From contig JAQGDQ010000168.1 of NCBI GenBank assembly GCA_030141605.1, positions 62,001 through 126,000 of the forward strand: a stretch of 64,000 bases of DNA. The letters run 5' to 3'. The position numbers and the translations under genes were made by a program. This DNA comes from Tubiluchus corallicola (Eukaryota; Animalia; Priapulida). Numbering within the stretch: the first letter of the stretch is position 1; every line of letters starts with the position of its first letter. Shown piece by piece: positions 28,128 to 40,901 of this stretch. Under the pieces are notes generated by a model that was given only the letters and a program-made list of their open reading frames with translations, was not told the origin of the DNA and did no database searches.

Positions 28128-31100
28128 TTACCAGAATGGAACAAAAAAGTGGGGATCTGGGTAGTCATAATTGCAGCTGCACTGTGGATACGCCGCCTCA
28201 TTGCAACAGGGTGTCACTCGCCAGTTCCGATTTTCATCATCTAGTGGCAGTACATCTCCGAAATCTGGCATACCTCCATTATGTGCTTCAATCACGGCTG
28301 CCAGCTCTTGCAACATAACCTTCTCATCTGGGTCTTCAGGATTCAGAGGCCATTCTTCGGTCGGGTCGATGTCTAGCTTATAGACCAGCGGAGGATCTTG
28401 GATGGTTGCTTCCGGGCCCCAGCACTTGAACCGGTCCAGTTTCGCCATGGGGGTGACTGGGTACCCACCGTCCGGACATTCTGATCTGATCCAATTGGAA
28501 TCTATTTCGGACAGCGTGACATAGTGGACTTTATAATTACCATATCGGATTGCCATCAGTCGCTCTGCACAGTAGAAGTAGGTGATTTCTCTACCTGATT
28601 CCTGCGATTCACCTCGTAGTACTGGCAATAGACTGATACCTGAAGGAAATTTGAAAATGATGTCAATAATTAGCAAATAAAAATGACACGAAAAGACGAT
28701 TATGTGCAGTGATGTTCATTCATTTCGTTTGCTGTTTGTCATATCTGAAAGCCAGAACAAAAGTACAATGATGAGACATTACAAGATTTTAACGGGTAAA
28801 GATTTTAGACATACCAAATATACCCAAAAAGTGAAATATTGCCAGCAGGGCTTAATTGAATGAAAACAGAGCCATTTTACAGTTCATATAAATTTTTTGA
28901 GCTATGATCAAAAATATACATTTTATTACTTATAACAATTACAAAGATGTTCCTGACGAAAGTTCGAAGACTTATTTTATGTGAAGCATTTTTCAAGAAG
29001 CAGGCGTTTTGGTCCATCTAAGTGTGGCTGGCTTATTGCTACAATAAAAACCTTATTAAGGGAATTAGATTAGACATACTTGTGATAACTTTTCCGCGTA
29101 AGCGATTCTTAAAAAAATATGAGTTTTCTTTCAATATCTACAATGTTGCATTTTAATCAATATCATATTAGTAGACTTATAAGCAAGAGTTTGAATTGCA
29201 ATAACTGTCAAGAAGTAGCAAAATAACTAAATCAAGGTTCGTTATTCGTACCATCATATGTTCTTCCCGCTGGTAGCTGTACATCTATAATATCGGCAAT
29301 CGTTGGGAGAACATCCATGGTATTGGCTACAGCATGGGACACTGATCCGGCTTTGATAACGTTTGGCCAGTAGACGATACCAGGTACTCTTACACCACCT
29401 TCAAATGATCGACCTTTGTCTCCTAGAATTGAATGCTGAAGTTCGTGCTTTAGAAATTTTACAACAGTAAAGTGAAAAGTCCCTTATGACGAGCAACAGT
29501 ATTGCGTATTCACTAAAAACGCAAACACCACCCCCCTCTATACCTTATTATTTGTTAAAAATATTATAATTGTTTCATCTTTGCTATTTTTGCGATTGCT
29601 TATTCCGCCAATAATTCTCCTCTGGCGCCCTCTAGTCATCCAGTTTATTGCTCTGCAATGTGATGAGCTCTTGGAACAATAAGTGGATCGCAGCATTATG
29701 ACTAAACCCCCTATAATTGATTTGTCGTTATGATTAAAATGCGCTTGACACCGACAACTGTATCGTTCAGAAAGCCTGAGAAGGACATCTTCCTAAAATA
29801 CTCTTGAAATGAGAGTTTGGAGTATCAAAATAATCAGCATAAATAGCAACAATACGAGAAAGATAGACATGAAAACAATCATTATGACGTCATTTTCCAT
29901 GCAAAAATTACCACGCAATCCTCCTGTTGATCCTCCTTCCTTGCAGAGGTCCTCCTGCGGTCCATTATCAGACATAAAGAAGATAACCGTTTTCTTGTCA
30001 ACGTCATTTTGCTTTAGAGTATTGATAATCTCCTCCACCTGCCACTGCATTTCCCTCATATTGTCACCATAGAAACCTATGAAAACAAACAGGTCATGTA
30101 GATTTTCTGATCCATCACAATAATGTCAAACTTTTACAAAATCTTTACCATTTCAGATGTTCTCGTCTGCTTCAGACAGTCAGTCAGTAAATCAACCACT
30201 TGCCTAGTCACACACCTAGGCAGCCTCAGACAGTTAGTTAGACTGTCACTAAGTATACTAACCACTCAATCAATCAATCAATCCCTTAATAATTAAGGTA
30301 TAATTAGTTGACCAATAAATCAATCAAATAGCCAGCCAGCCAATTAGTCATCAATCAATTAATCAACTAAATAGTCAAAAAGCCCAACCAGCAACCAACT
30401 AATCAACCAATCAACCAAATAACCTATCCATTACCAACCAAATCCACCCATTAGCCAGCACACCTGTTAAGGTCAGTTTCTGGCCTTAACATGTAGGTGG
30501 CAGCGCCTATGTGAACTTAGCTGTAAATTTTACCTGTGAAGTTGTAAATTAGGTTGTGTCTCACTAAACATGCTCACAGAAGCCTCAGCAAACGTAAAGT
30601 AATGTTTAGATAAATCTTCAAGTAATTATTTGTAGCTATAAACCAGTATGACATTCCAAGGATGTATTAAGTTGTTATAGCCGCACGATGTGAGTAATAT
30701 TTACGTTTATTGTTTTAAATTATAATAATTAGATCATTATACATTTGTAAGCAGTAAAAAGCAGTCAAATTTATTATTTTCATTTTTTATATACAGAAAT
30801 AAAGATTTCCGAGAACACCATATGCTATGAAGAAGATTCGTTTGTGTTCCCGTCACAACACCAGTCAACCAATCAACAACCAACTAACTACCAGCAAGCC
30901 AGCTAACCAACCAACTAACCATCAGCTAGCCATCAAACCTACCAGTCAGCAAACTAGCCACCAACCAATCAACTAACCAAGAAAACAACCAAAACCAACT
31001 AACCAACAAGAAACCAACTAATCAACCAACCAACTTACCAACAAACAAACAACCAACCAACCATCCGACAAACCACCAATCAACTAATCAACTGACTAAT

Positions 31101-32200
31101 TAAACAATCCATTTATAAAACTGAAATGTACGTTGGTGCTTTATTTTAGCGATTCAACTAACCGCAACTATACCCACAAACTTAGGTATTGTTGTTAGAT
31201 TTGTATAAGTATTAATTATATCAACTGGATTCGAATACCCACAAATTTAAGCAATGTTGTTAGATCTGTATAAGTGTTAATCGTCTCGCAACGCCTTGAA
31301 CTACCAACAAACTCAGGTATTGTTGTTAGATCTGTATAAGTGTTAATCGTCTCACAACGCCTTGAACTACCAACAAACTCAGGTATTGTTGTTAGATCTG
31401 TATAAATATTAATTGTTTCACCTCTTTTTGAAGTTCCCACAAACTCAGGCATTGTTGTTAGATCTGCATGAGTGTTGGACAAAGCGTAGTAAAGGAAGAA
31501 TGGCCTGTCTACATTTTTAGCCTCATTGATGAAGTATTTCGCATCAGCCACAAACTTTGGTGCCATAGTAGTTAGATCAATAGGTTGTTGTACAATTGTG
31601 GCATTTTTGTAGAGAAAACAGTAGTTGTCAATAACTGGGAGGGTAGATCCCTGAAAAACGGAAAAAATCCAAAATCCTTTAATTATTTTCTACACTCCTC
31701 TATCCATTACTATATAGCTTATTCTACTTTTACTCCTTTCCTAATTTACTTTTAGGAAACTACTGCTCGTCTAGTCCAATTCTCAAATCAAAAACATTCC
31801 ATGAGCGTGTTGCAAGTTCTTGCACTTGTTCTTGACCATGTTCTTACACTTCATCATAAATTCTAACAAATAAAATAAAGTATTTTGTTCAACGCCTACC
31901 TGTCTGTATTTACACCAAGCGAGATTAGTAAGAGGAAGATTGTGTCCAACAAATTCAAACCCATGATGGTGCGGCATGTGATTGCTATCATGGTGATTAA
32001 ATTCGTTAATACCTGAGAAAGTAAAACAGAAATATCAACTTCAGTGATGTATTTTGATGCGTCTTGTGTACTGGAACGAAGTAAAAAGCACTACTAGATC
32101 TGCACTGTGTAAGGTGCAGTGATTTGTTCTTGTTTTTGTAGTTTCTGGTGTTGGTGCTAGTGATATTATCATTGTCAACGGTGTTGTCGTTGTCATCGTT

Positions 32201-32265
<65 letters not shown>

Positions 32266-33571
32266 TGTTAGTATCATTCATTTCCATTAATTGTTTATGT
32301 TGCTTTTCTTGCTGTTTTGCTGCCTCATTGCTGTAATAAGTAAAAATACGGCACCACATATGCTCGCCTTGCTATAGCTTAATATTTGTATTTATTATGG
32401 GCTAATATAATATAGTATTTTGCGATATATAACTAAAGCCTCATGAAGCTGAAAACGATTACCAAGGTGCCATTTGCCAACAAATCCGGTCATGTAACCA
32501 TTGTCTTGAAGGAATTCAGCAATTGTTATTTCACTCTTCGGAAGTCCAAGTGTAGAATTATAAGTAAGGACACGAGTATAGCCGACCATGCCTACACGTG
32601 CTGCCAGGCGACCTGGAAACAAGGATATGCGATGCTATCAGTACAGCTGGCAACATGGGAAACGGAAACGCGGCTTTTAAGGTCAGTGGAGATTACCAGT
32701 AATGGTGACGTAGCAGTCAATGAAATTATCAGGTAAAACTAGCCTAGACTTCAAAGACAGCTAATTCTAGATTCATAACGAATTTTAAACTTCGGCGCAA
32801 TGCACAATTGAGACGGATCATTTACTGAATTGCAAAAGTAAAAAAGAAAAAGGTATTTTTGGTGCTACCGAAAATTAGTTGCGTTATTATCCAAGAAATT
32901 AAAAAGAACTTCATTCAGAAACTGATTTCTCACCTGTCAGAAGAGCAGTACGGCTTGGTGTGCAAATACTTTCTGCCGAATACCAGCTCAAAAACTTCAT
33001 TCCTCCCGCAGCAAGATCATCAATAGCTTCCCATTCTTGTACTACGTGACCATAAGAAGCCAGATCTCCAAAACCCACATCGTCAGCCATAATGACGACA
33101 AAATTAATCTGGCTATCATCGTCATCATCATCATCATCATCGTCATCACTGTCTGCATTTACCACTGAATTGGTCCATAGGAAAGCCACCAAGCTGAAGA
33201 CTAGCAGCTGAATGAAAAGCCTAAAAAATCAAGTACTGAAGAACAAGTAAAGTAAATTTGAAATCATAAAAACAGATTAAAGGTGGTGAGTTATATAAAC
33301 ACAAGCTTTTTACTTCTTTTCCTTAAACTTTTCTAAAAATCAAAAATTTGTGTTATTGAAGCATGTCATGTCGATAATTAAATTAATTTGTTGACTCGGC
33401 TATAGGTCTACTTTTGTAAAATATGTGCAACACTTGATAAATTACTATTAGTTATCATTTCCTACCAACCCCACTTACACAGCTGCAAAGGGACATTTTG
33501 CAGCAACCTCACCAAACAAAAACTCAAAGTAAATTTACAAAACATAATAATTACGTTTTCAACTTCTTCAT
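28128..33571 (-). CDS. Secreted arylsulfatase (ARSA/GALNS-related, sea-urchin Ars-like), 8 exons: 33571-33555, 33220-32934, 32612-32463, 32012-31900, 31650-31422, 30076-29912, 29422-29252, 28639-28128 (547 aa)
   Basis: Signal peptide MKKLKTLFIQLLVFSLVAFLWTNSVVNA; MADDVGFGDL; formylglycine motif CTPSRTALLTGR; GKWHLG; HHGFEFVGHNLPLTN; PFFLYYALSNTH; SDNGP; GDKGRSFEGGVRVPG; DPTE; C-terminal PCCN..C.C. All junctions GT-AG with consistent phase, total 1644 nt. The 17-nt first exon is the least certain part. Confidence 0.93.
30255..31105 (+). repeat. Degenerate (AACC/AATC/AGCC)n tetranucleotide tracts in arylsulfatase intron 5 (30255-30460, 30860-31105)
   Basis: Directly visible; a similar tract lies at 3050-3143. 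Confidence 0.8.
31160..31470 (-). repeat. 66-bp tandem repeat (~5 copies) spanning the arylsulfatase exon 5 end and donor
   Basis: GTTAGATCTG-type anchor at 31457, 31391, 31325, 31259 and 31194 (period 66, 66, 66, 65; last copy GTTAGATTTG). Confidence 0.92.
32190..32266 (+). repeat. (ATC)n microsatellite in arylsulfatase intron 3
   Basis: Directly visible. Confidence 0.95.
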
Positions 33572-34732
33572 ACTATACAGAATCTTCAATCTTCACCACG
33601 TCTAAAAAACTCCCGTTATAAGCTGATGTCCGTTTTTTGTGTACAATACTACAACTAGGCGTCTTTAAATAAGGCTCTGATTTCAGTAGGCACACAAAAA
33701 TATCGGATAACTTAACCTAAGTTATGCATGACAAACGGTTAAATAAGGCATGACGAACGGTTAAATAAAAACATTTGTTACACTGTCATACCTGTATACA
33801 AGTATATCAGCAAATAAAGACAAGATAATACTACTTACAACCCCATTGTCATTGTATAGACAAGTGAAAGATCCCTTTTTGACAAGCGTGAAGTTTGCAC
33901 ATTCGGTCGAAATGCATCGCTGTTGAGTTAAACAAGTATTATTCAATAAAACACTGGTCACACGTTATTGCTGTTTGCCAGAAAGGGCTTTCCTGGAACG
34001 AAAATTCCTTTCAGTGACATGGCAATCTTGCAGAAATCCTTAACGAAAATGCCAAAAGGCATTGCATAAATTAGAAGACGCAAATGAATTTTTGAAATAC
34101 TGTGATAAGAAATTAAGTATATGGTCGTTAATTAACAAAAATTTTGAATTGTTGTTATTATCAGCTCAAATTGCGCAGAGAAACAGTTTTTATAGAGCTG
34201 TTCCCCTAACACTTTTACACTTTCCCCTAACACTCATAGTTTATATTATTAATATCTCAAATGCATTTGAATTTTAATAACATGAATAATTAAGGTACCT
34301 AAATTAAAATCATATCGCCTAATTTGAGAAGCCCTGAACGTAGAAACCAACATCAGTGTTATTGCAAGATGTCAATGCATTTATAAGCTTCTCGCAACAT
34401 ACGGGGACTAATTGGGGACCTGGAATAATACGCGTAATACTAATTTTTAATTTTGCTTTTTACACAGTTTGTTTTACAGTAAGCGAGAACCAAGTACTTA
34501 ACTAATGTTTGACGGTTGTTGGTGAACCAAAATCTAATTAATTATAAGGATCATCCTTTAAGATAAGCCTTTAAACTAGTAGAGATGTCTCAGCCGTATT
34601 CTTATTCGTGTACTTCCTTTCTCAACCAGCCGAATAGGTAGAATCACAGATGTAGTCACACAAAAGCGCAGTTTTTTGGTGGCTGTTCCATCCAGTTAAT
34701 AACTATGTCTGGCGCTACTTAACTAATACCCG

Positions 34733-34838
34733 GCACACACTCACGCATGCGCGCGCGCACACGCACACACACACACACACGCACGCGCGCGCGCACACGT
34801 ACACACACACACACACGCACGCACACACACACACACAG
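34733..34838 (+). repeat. (CA)n/(CG)n alternating purine-pyrimidine microsatellite
   Basis: Directly visible. Confidence 0.9.
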
Positions 34839-37729
34839 TGACCGCTCGTCCTTACTAACGTTGATAAAACTATTTTTGTTTTCTCTCACAAGATGTTAAG
34901 CAATGTGTAATTTAAGTATGAGCTCGTAGATTATAGTTGAAATTAGTATTATTGTAACAACAATTAGTGACGCCATGTTAGTCAATAGCTAACATCTATA
35001 ATGTCAATGTAAATGTATATAAATTCAAATTGCTGAAAGATGACATAAAATCGCTTTAATCCTTAATCCTGAGTTTAGAAGAGGTTTAGTCAAGTTAGTA
35101 AAAACAGATCTATTTTCGATTTTTTCCTGTATTACTGTGAATTTTTGAACGAACACTTAGCGAAGTAATTCAAGAAAGGAAGTATCTGTATTGAAAAGTA
35201 TCAAAACTGTGTTTTTAGTTGAGAATATTGTTTATATGAAATGTAACAATGTAAATAAACTTAATTTTTACTGTAGACATACGTATTTTGCCGGAAAAAA
35301 TTCAGTTGCCATTTGTTTGCTAATGACAAGAGAATGTGATATGTCACTTTTCATTCATTGAAAGTACTCAAATATTCGAAGATACACGACTTACCAGTAA
35401 TTACTGATAACTAATTTGATATTACGTTACCTATGTGTGTGTGTATGTATATATATATATATAGGTATGTATGTGTACTTTAAAAAGTAGTAAATTAAAA
35501 GTAGGTTGTAGTCTCAGTAAAATTTTTTAGGCAATGGATATCTTATGGTGAGCAGTATTTATATTTTAATTTACTGTAACAATGAGCTAAAGAATGCTTT
35601 GCTGATTTTCATCTAACTAATTTAAAATCGCAACGTAATATTAATGATTAGCTAATTATTTCAAATAAATGCAATAGTTGTGATTAAACTAATATTGTTT
35701 GTGTAAGTGCATTTTTACTTAAATTATATGACCAACCTATCCAGTTAGTCAACAAAATGACCTATGCTCCTGGAAATTCCAAGGTTTTTAACTGTGTGTG
35801 TACTATGAATGTACAGTACATACTATACTATACTAAGACTACAATATATACAATATATGTTACATTACATTAAATAAAACTGAAAGGCGCTCTAGTTATC
35901 GTTATAATATTCCAATGCGTTTACACAGAAACACACATTAAAATTAACATCTAGTAAATAAATTAAAAATAATAATGAAAATTACTTTAATTAGGGCTAA
36001 AAATTTTAAAAGTATCAACAGTACAGTGTCTACAAAACGAAGTTCCGTATGTAAGTCGCTCCTGTGTGACCTGAGTTTAAAAATATAATAAAATTAAAAG
36101 GTCAGATATGAACGAATGAGACAAGGTAGCCATCTAAGCTGGTATGTCGACATATTAGAGTGTTGATGATGTATAATCATAATTAAACATTCTTTGTAGG
36201 ATTTCTCGCCAGAAAGTTATTTTTAAAATACTCGATTGCACAAATTTTAATTTTTAGCTAAACATTAAACTAAGCCCAACATGCTGCTAGTATTAGTTCT
36301 TTCCTTTAAAATAAAGTCAACCTGGATTTGAGTATTTTATCTATAAAACATGCCATATCATTGTTTTCCAGTATTTTTTTACCGTTTTCACATTATGTAA
36401 ATAGCCAGTTCTCGGTGTTATACTATTATAAAACTTTTTCAGTGTTTTCTCAAGCAGTACCCATTAATTAAAGCCGCTAATACTCGCTTTACGCACACCA
36501 CTGTCTGAATGGACCAGCCTATTGCAAATAATAATCATATGATTATTAGTAACCAGTATAGCCGTATTGTTAACAACAAAGCTTTTTAACCTTCCTATTC
36601 TAGCCTATTTTACCCTACAAACTTATGTGCTTATCAGTATGATTTATAGTAGACCATGGTTAGAACTGATCCAAATCAATTTTTATCTGAATAAATTATG
36701 ATCACCTACAAAGCTGCCCTGGAGGGGTATGAGAATGTGTTCATTGCCCTAATATCACGTATCCAAGCATCTGCGTGTCGTCAAACCTGTTAATGTTGCT
36801 CTCGTGGAAAGCCAAAAAGCCTTGTGAAAATCTGGGAAGAAAAACGTACTTATTTGAACCAGAATGATATTAATAGCAACAAACAATTCATTCTTACAGT
36901 ATGGTTTTGGGAGATGGGCTGAAAAGGGGAAAATGTGCAATAATATGCTGGATGGGAATGCATTGGACTGTTCGCAATGCCTACTGTGCGCCTGGTGTTA
37001 CAAACGATGAAGTTTTGTCATTGTAATTAAACCTTTTAACTAAATGTAAATATTACTCGTTTCTTGTTATATTATGATCGCATTAACCAACTGCGCATGT
37101 AAACTTGCTTTTTTAGATGCGAATAAACATAGTAAAATATTTCTAGACGCTTTGACCAAGCTGGTGGCGACATCTTGCACGAATGTTGTGAACAGCAGTC
37201 GAATGACGTGTCACAGTTGTTCTGATACTTGGGCGTCTTGTATATTCATATCATTGAGACATATCGCAATCGGAGGGCTGTATAGTTTATAGTCATGGTG
37301 TTGGATTTATAATCCAAAGATTGCTTGCTACTCGTGTAGATATTAGAGTCTTGTTACAAGCCGAATGTTTAACGATTCCAGCAAGTTTTCTGACCTGGTT
37401 TCAATGGTAGTTTTGTTTCCAAATTAAAGTTAAGGTGAGGCTCATGACGTTGCTGAGTTGCAGCTTTCGATGACGGCTGCTTCATGCCTTGCCAAGTTGT
37501 GGCATAAATAAAAAGCTTTTGCAATATTAAGAGTAAACGTTATAGATGAGCTACTGAACGTGCAGCGCACTTTTAAGTTTGAACACATCGTGTGAATGAA
37601 ATAAATAGAAGGGCGTCTTAGTACGACACTGTCCTCAGCAGTTTTTATTGCAGCCGCCTATACTGTATATATTTGTTGATAATGTCGGTGCTGCTCAACT
37701 TTGTCAGTAAACAGGAACATCTCTCCGCC

Positions 37730-38752
37730 GAATGTAAGTAAAAATGGCACAGAAAAAAGATGATATAGGAAAAAAATGACACACTAAGAATGGCAGAAAT
37801 GGAAAAGTAGGAAAAATGACACAGGTAAAAATGGCACAGAAAAAATGCCATACTTAGTAAAATATGTGCTGAAGGTTAGAGTTACAGTGGGGATAATTGT
37901 TTTAGTTATTTCCAGCTCTGCCAAGGAAGTTATACTTCAACACAGTTTGTTTGTTTGTCTGTTTGTTCGCTTATTTTTTGTCTGTAATAGCAGTAAGCCT
38001 ATTATCTAACAGACTATCTAAAACGATCTAACAGATTTCTAAAAAGCTTTGTAAAAAAAGGCGGGTATAGAGTGTCAAAATGGGAATCTTTTCGCCCGTT
38101 CTTTTTTGCATAACTTGACCGAACGCCACGTACAACAAAAAGCATTCGTGAAGCACTTCGTAGAGGTCTCAGAGGGAGTGTTTAAGTACTTCTTTTTTGT
38201 TATCTTCACCTGGATAGACAACTGCGAGTTTGCCGTAGTTCCATTTCGAGAAATTCTCGCTTGTAAAACTGCCTATAACCTTTCCTTATTAATGTGCATA
38301 GCCTTATAAGGGGACTTAGTACGCATATATTTGCCAGTCTATTCCTTCGTGAAAATTAATGGTTAAAAGGTAGATTACACTATGTGGAACATTTGTGCAT
38401 TATTGATTATAAATCTATTTAATGAACAAAAATTTTGTTCTTTTAATATTTTGTTCTATTTTGCCAGTCAGCATAATACCAATACATGTTCATTTTTGTA
38501 TGTTTGCTTGTTTATCCTTGTGTTAAAATTTTTTAAATTAAAAGAATTAGACGAATAAGTTTAAGATTGTTCGGCTTTGGTAGAAATCTGCGTCCTACTG
38601 AGCACATTCTAGTTTTTTTTAGAAATCAATTGCATCAAAATAACATATTTGCCATTTTTTCCTACTTTTTGATTTGTGCCAATTTTCCCTGTACCATTTT
38701 ACCTACTTTTCGATTTATGAGATTTTTTCCTGTGCCATTTTTACCGTTTACC
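37730..38752. mobile_element. Second foldback-like non-autonomous DNA element with AAAAATGGCACAG subterminal arrays
   Basis: Left array GTAAAAATGGCACAG/GAAAAAATGACAC (37737-37852) is inverted relative to the right array TGTGCCATTTTTACC (38645-38752); right end GGTAAACGGTAAAAATGGCACAG on -; only an imperfect 9-bp TSD candidate (CTCTCCGCC/TCCTCCACC). Confidence 0.6.
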
Positions 38753-38892
38753 TCCTCCACCGCCTTCCTATTTTCCACTCACTTGCACATACGATTTTTT
38801 TAAAGCTAACACTTTATATACTTCAACACATGGCGTTCTAGTAGTCGTTTACCATATAAGCACCTGATGAGTCCCAGAGTCAAACTGTTGCA

Positions 38893-40901
38893 TAATTATG
38901 TGTCACTTCGCCAGGGCACAATTCGCCCAGTGCATTATTTCGCCAGTCTAATTTTTTGCCAGTGTGTCATTTCGCCAGTTGATATTGGAAATGGTGCAAT
39001 AAGTATTTAAATAGTATACACATTTCACCAATCTGTCATTTTGCCAATGTATCACTTCGCCAGCGGATATCAGAAATAGCATACAATGCATATTTAATTG
39101 GTGTTACACTTCGTCAGTGCATCATTTCACCAGTGTATCTTTTCGCCAGGGCATCATATTGACAGTCTATTATTTCGCCAGTACTTATTAGAAATAGTAC
39201 AATGCACTTTTAAATCGATGTATATATGATGGCCATATTTCAGACAATTTTTAGGCACCTTTTTCGCACCTAGGTCAGTCCTGTACTTAACATATGACAA
39301 CACGGTTTCTTTAAAACCTTTTGTGAACGGAAGTCACAAATCGTACACAGTTGATCCATACATCATTGGATTCCCGTGAAACGTTAAATGAGATGCCCAT
39401 GTCAAAATTGCAAGCCGAGTATTGTTTAGCCAGAAAGTGGTGATAAGCAGGACAGTACACGCTCAAGCAAATACAAGCATTCAAAATTTAGTTCTTTTCG
39501 TTCTGCGATGCTTAGTTTCAGAAGTATAGGTTTTTCTAATAACTCAAAAACTCAGAAAGTCCAATTTCGCTAAATTTAGAATGAGAATAGCAGAAGTCAG
39601 GACCTACGACCACTGGTCATTAGAGGCCAAGTTACGAGACCAAAAACATCATGTTTAAGGTCTTATTTGGCACCTTTTGGAGGGGGCGTGGCTTACGACC
39701 TTTTCGAAAAAGTCAGACGGCCCAGTCTGGTAGAGAAAGAAGTATTTCAGAAGCTGTGCTTTGTCCGGAGGATTTCGACATGGTGCTATAAACTTTGCTA
39801 ATTTTGAATTCAAAATTTTCAAGTCTTTTTGACTCCCCAAACCGCAAGTTTGGATGCTTATATCTGCCCCCGTTGGCCATCCTCAGAAACGTGATCACAA
39901 ATAGCCTTTATTAGTTTCTAGCCTAGCCGGTCGCGGGGTTATTAGGTCCAGTGGTAAAGAGTTGGTTCAAGACCTTAAACGTGATTGAAATTTTGAGAAA
40001 GTGACTTCGTGTTCCAGGACACTGTGGTAGTGAGGGTTTTATTTTCGCTGTTGCCAAAGATTGCCACATCTTATTCGTAATCAGTAATATCCACTGGCCA
40101 AATTTTGTTTTCATAAGCTTAACCATTTTTGAATAACAGCCAAAAGAATGTCCAAGAGTCCAAGATTCCCTGCCTCCGTTTTCTAGGGAAATGACGTGGT
40201 GAGGCTTTTGTTCCTGCTGCTGCCGAAAAATGCAGACTGACGACCTCTTGTTGATGGTCACCAATGTCAACCATAACAGCTATCCACGGGTTACATTCCG
40301 CCTTGGTAGAATCTACGTTTCTCGAGTTATTGGTTTTTGTATCCAAAAGAATACCCAACATGGCGGCGCCCATGAAAACGCCGCTTATATGTCATATAAG
40401 TACCCAAATAACTACACTTGGAGAACTGTACCGCCTATAAATGAATCCCTAAACGTATGGTTGCCATTCAGTAAACGTTTAAACTAAGCCTATCAAACCT
40501 GCAGCCTAACAGCCTGCAAAAGCCTTAAAATGTATGGCACCGTCGTTTAATTATACCCTTGTGCTAAAGGGTATACTCAGGACCAATATGCAATTTGACA
40601 ATGGCGAATCCCCAATAGACTGACAAAATGATGCACTGGCCGAAGTGAACAACTATTTAAATACTTACTGCACTATTTCAACTCGAACTGGCGAAATGGT
40701 ACACGGACTAAATGATGCACTGGCGAAATGATGCCTTGGCGAAGTGTACTACTATGCTTATTGCAGTATTTCTAACTACAGGTGGCGAAATGATGCACTG
40801 GCAAAGTGCACTACTATTTAAGTACTTACTGCAGTATTTCTAGCTACAACTGGCGAAATGATAGACTGACGAAATGCTAACTGGCGAAGTGAGTGATTAC
40901 C
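38893..40901. mobile_element. Foldback-like non-autonomous DNA transposon (Mutator/Phantom- or Merlin-like) with subterminal repeat arrays
   Basis: Left array of TTCGCCAG(T) units (38900-39185) is inverted relative to the right ACTGGCGAA array (40590-40890); 8-bp direct repeat CTGTTGCA at 38885-38892 and 40902-40909; right end reads GGTAATCACTCACTTCGCCAG on -. Confidence 0.7.

Noticed and set aside
31160-31470. Regularly spaced repeats resembling a CRISPR array
   Set aside because: The whole 66-bp unit repeats with no unique spacers, it derives from an exon/intron junction, the DNA is eukaryotic and there are no cas genes.
32006-32359. Poly-D / poly-M / poly-S ORFs
   Set aside because: Intronic (ATC)n microsatellite; the arylsulfatase splices in phase without it.
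38860-38892. CTGATGAGTCCC...CAAAC as a hammerhead ribozyme
   Set aside because: The GAAA core is missing (CAAAC), stem II does not pair well and the site is disrupted by the adjacent insertion; at most a dead remnant.
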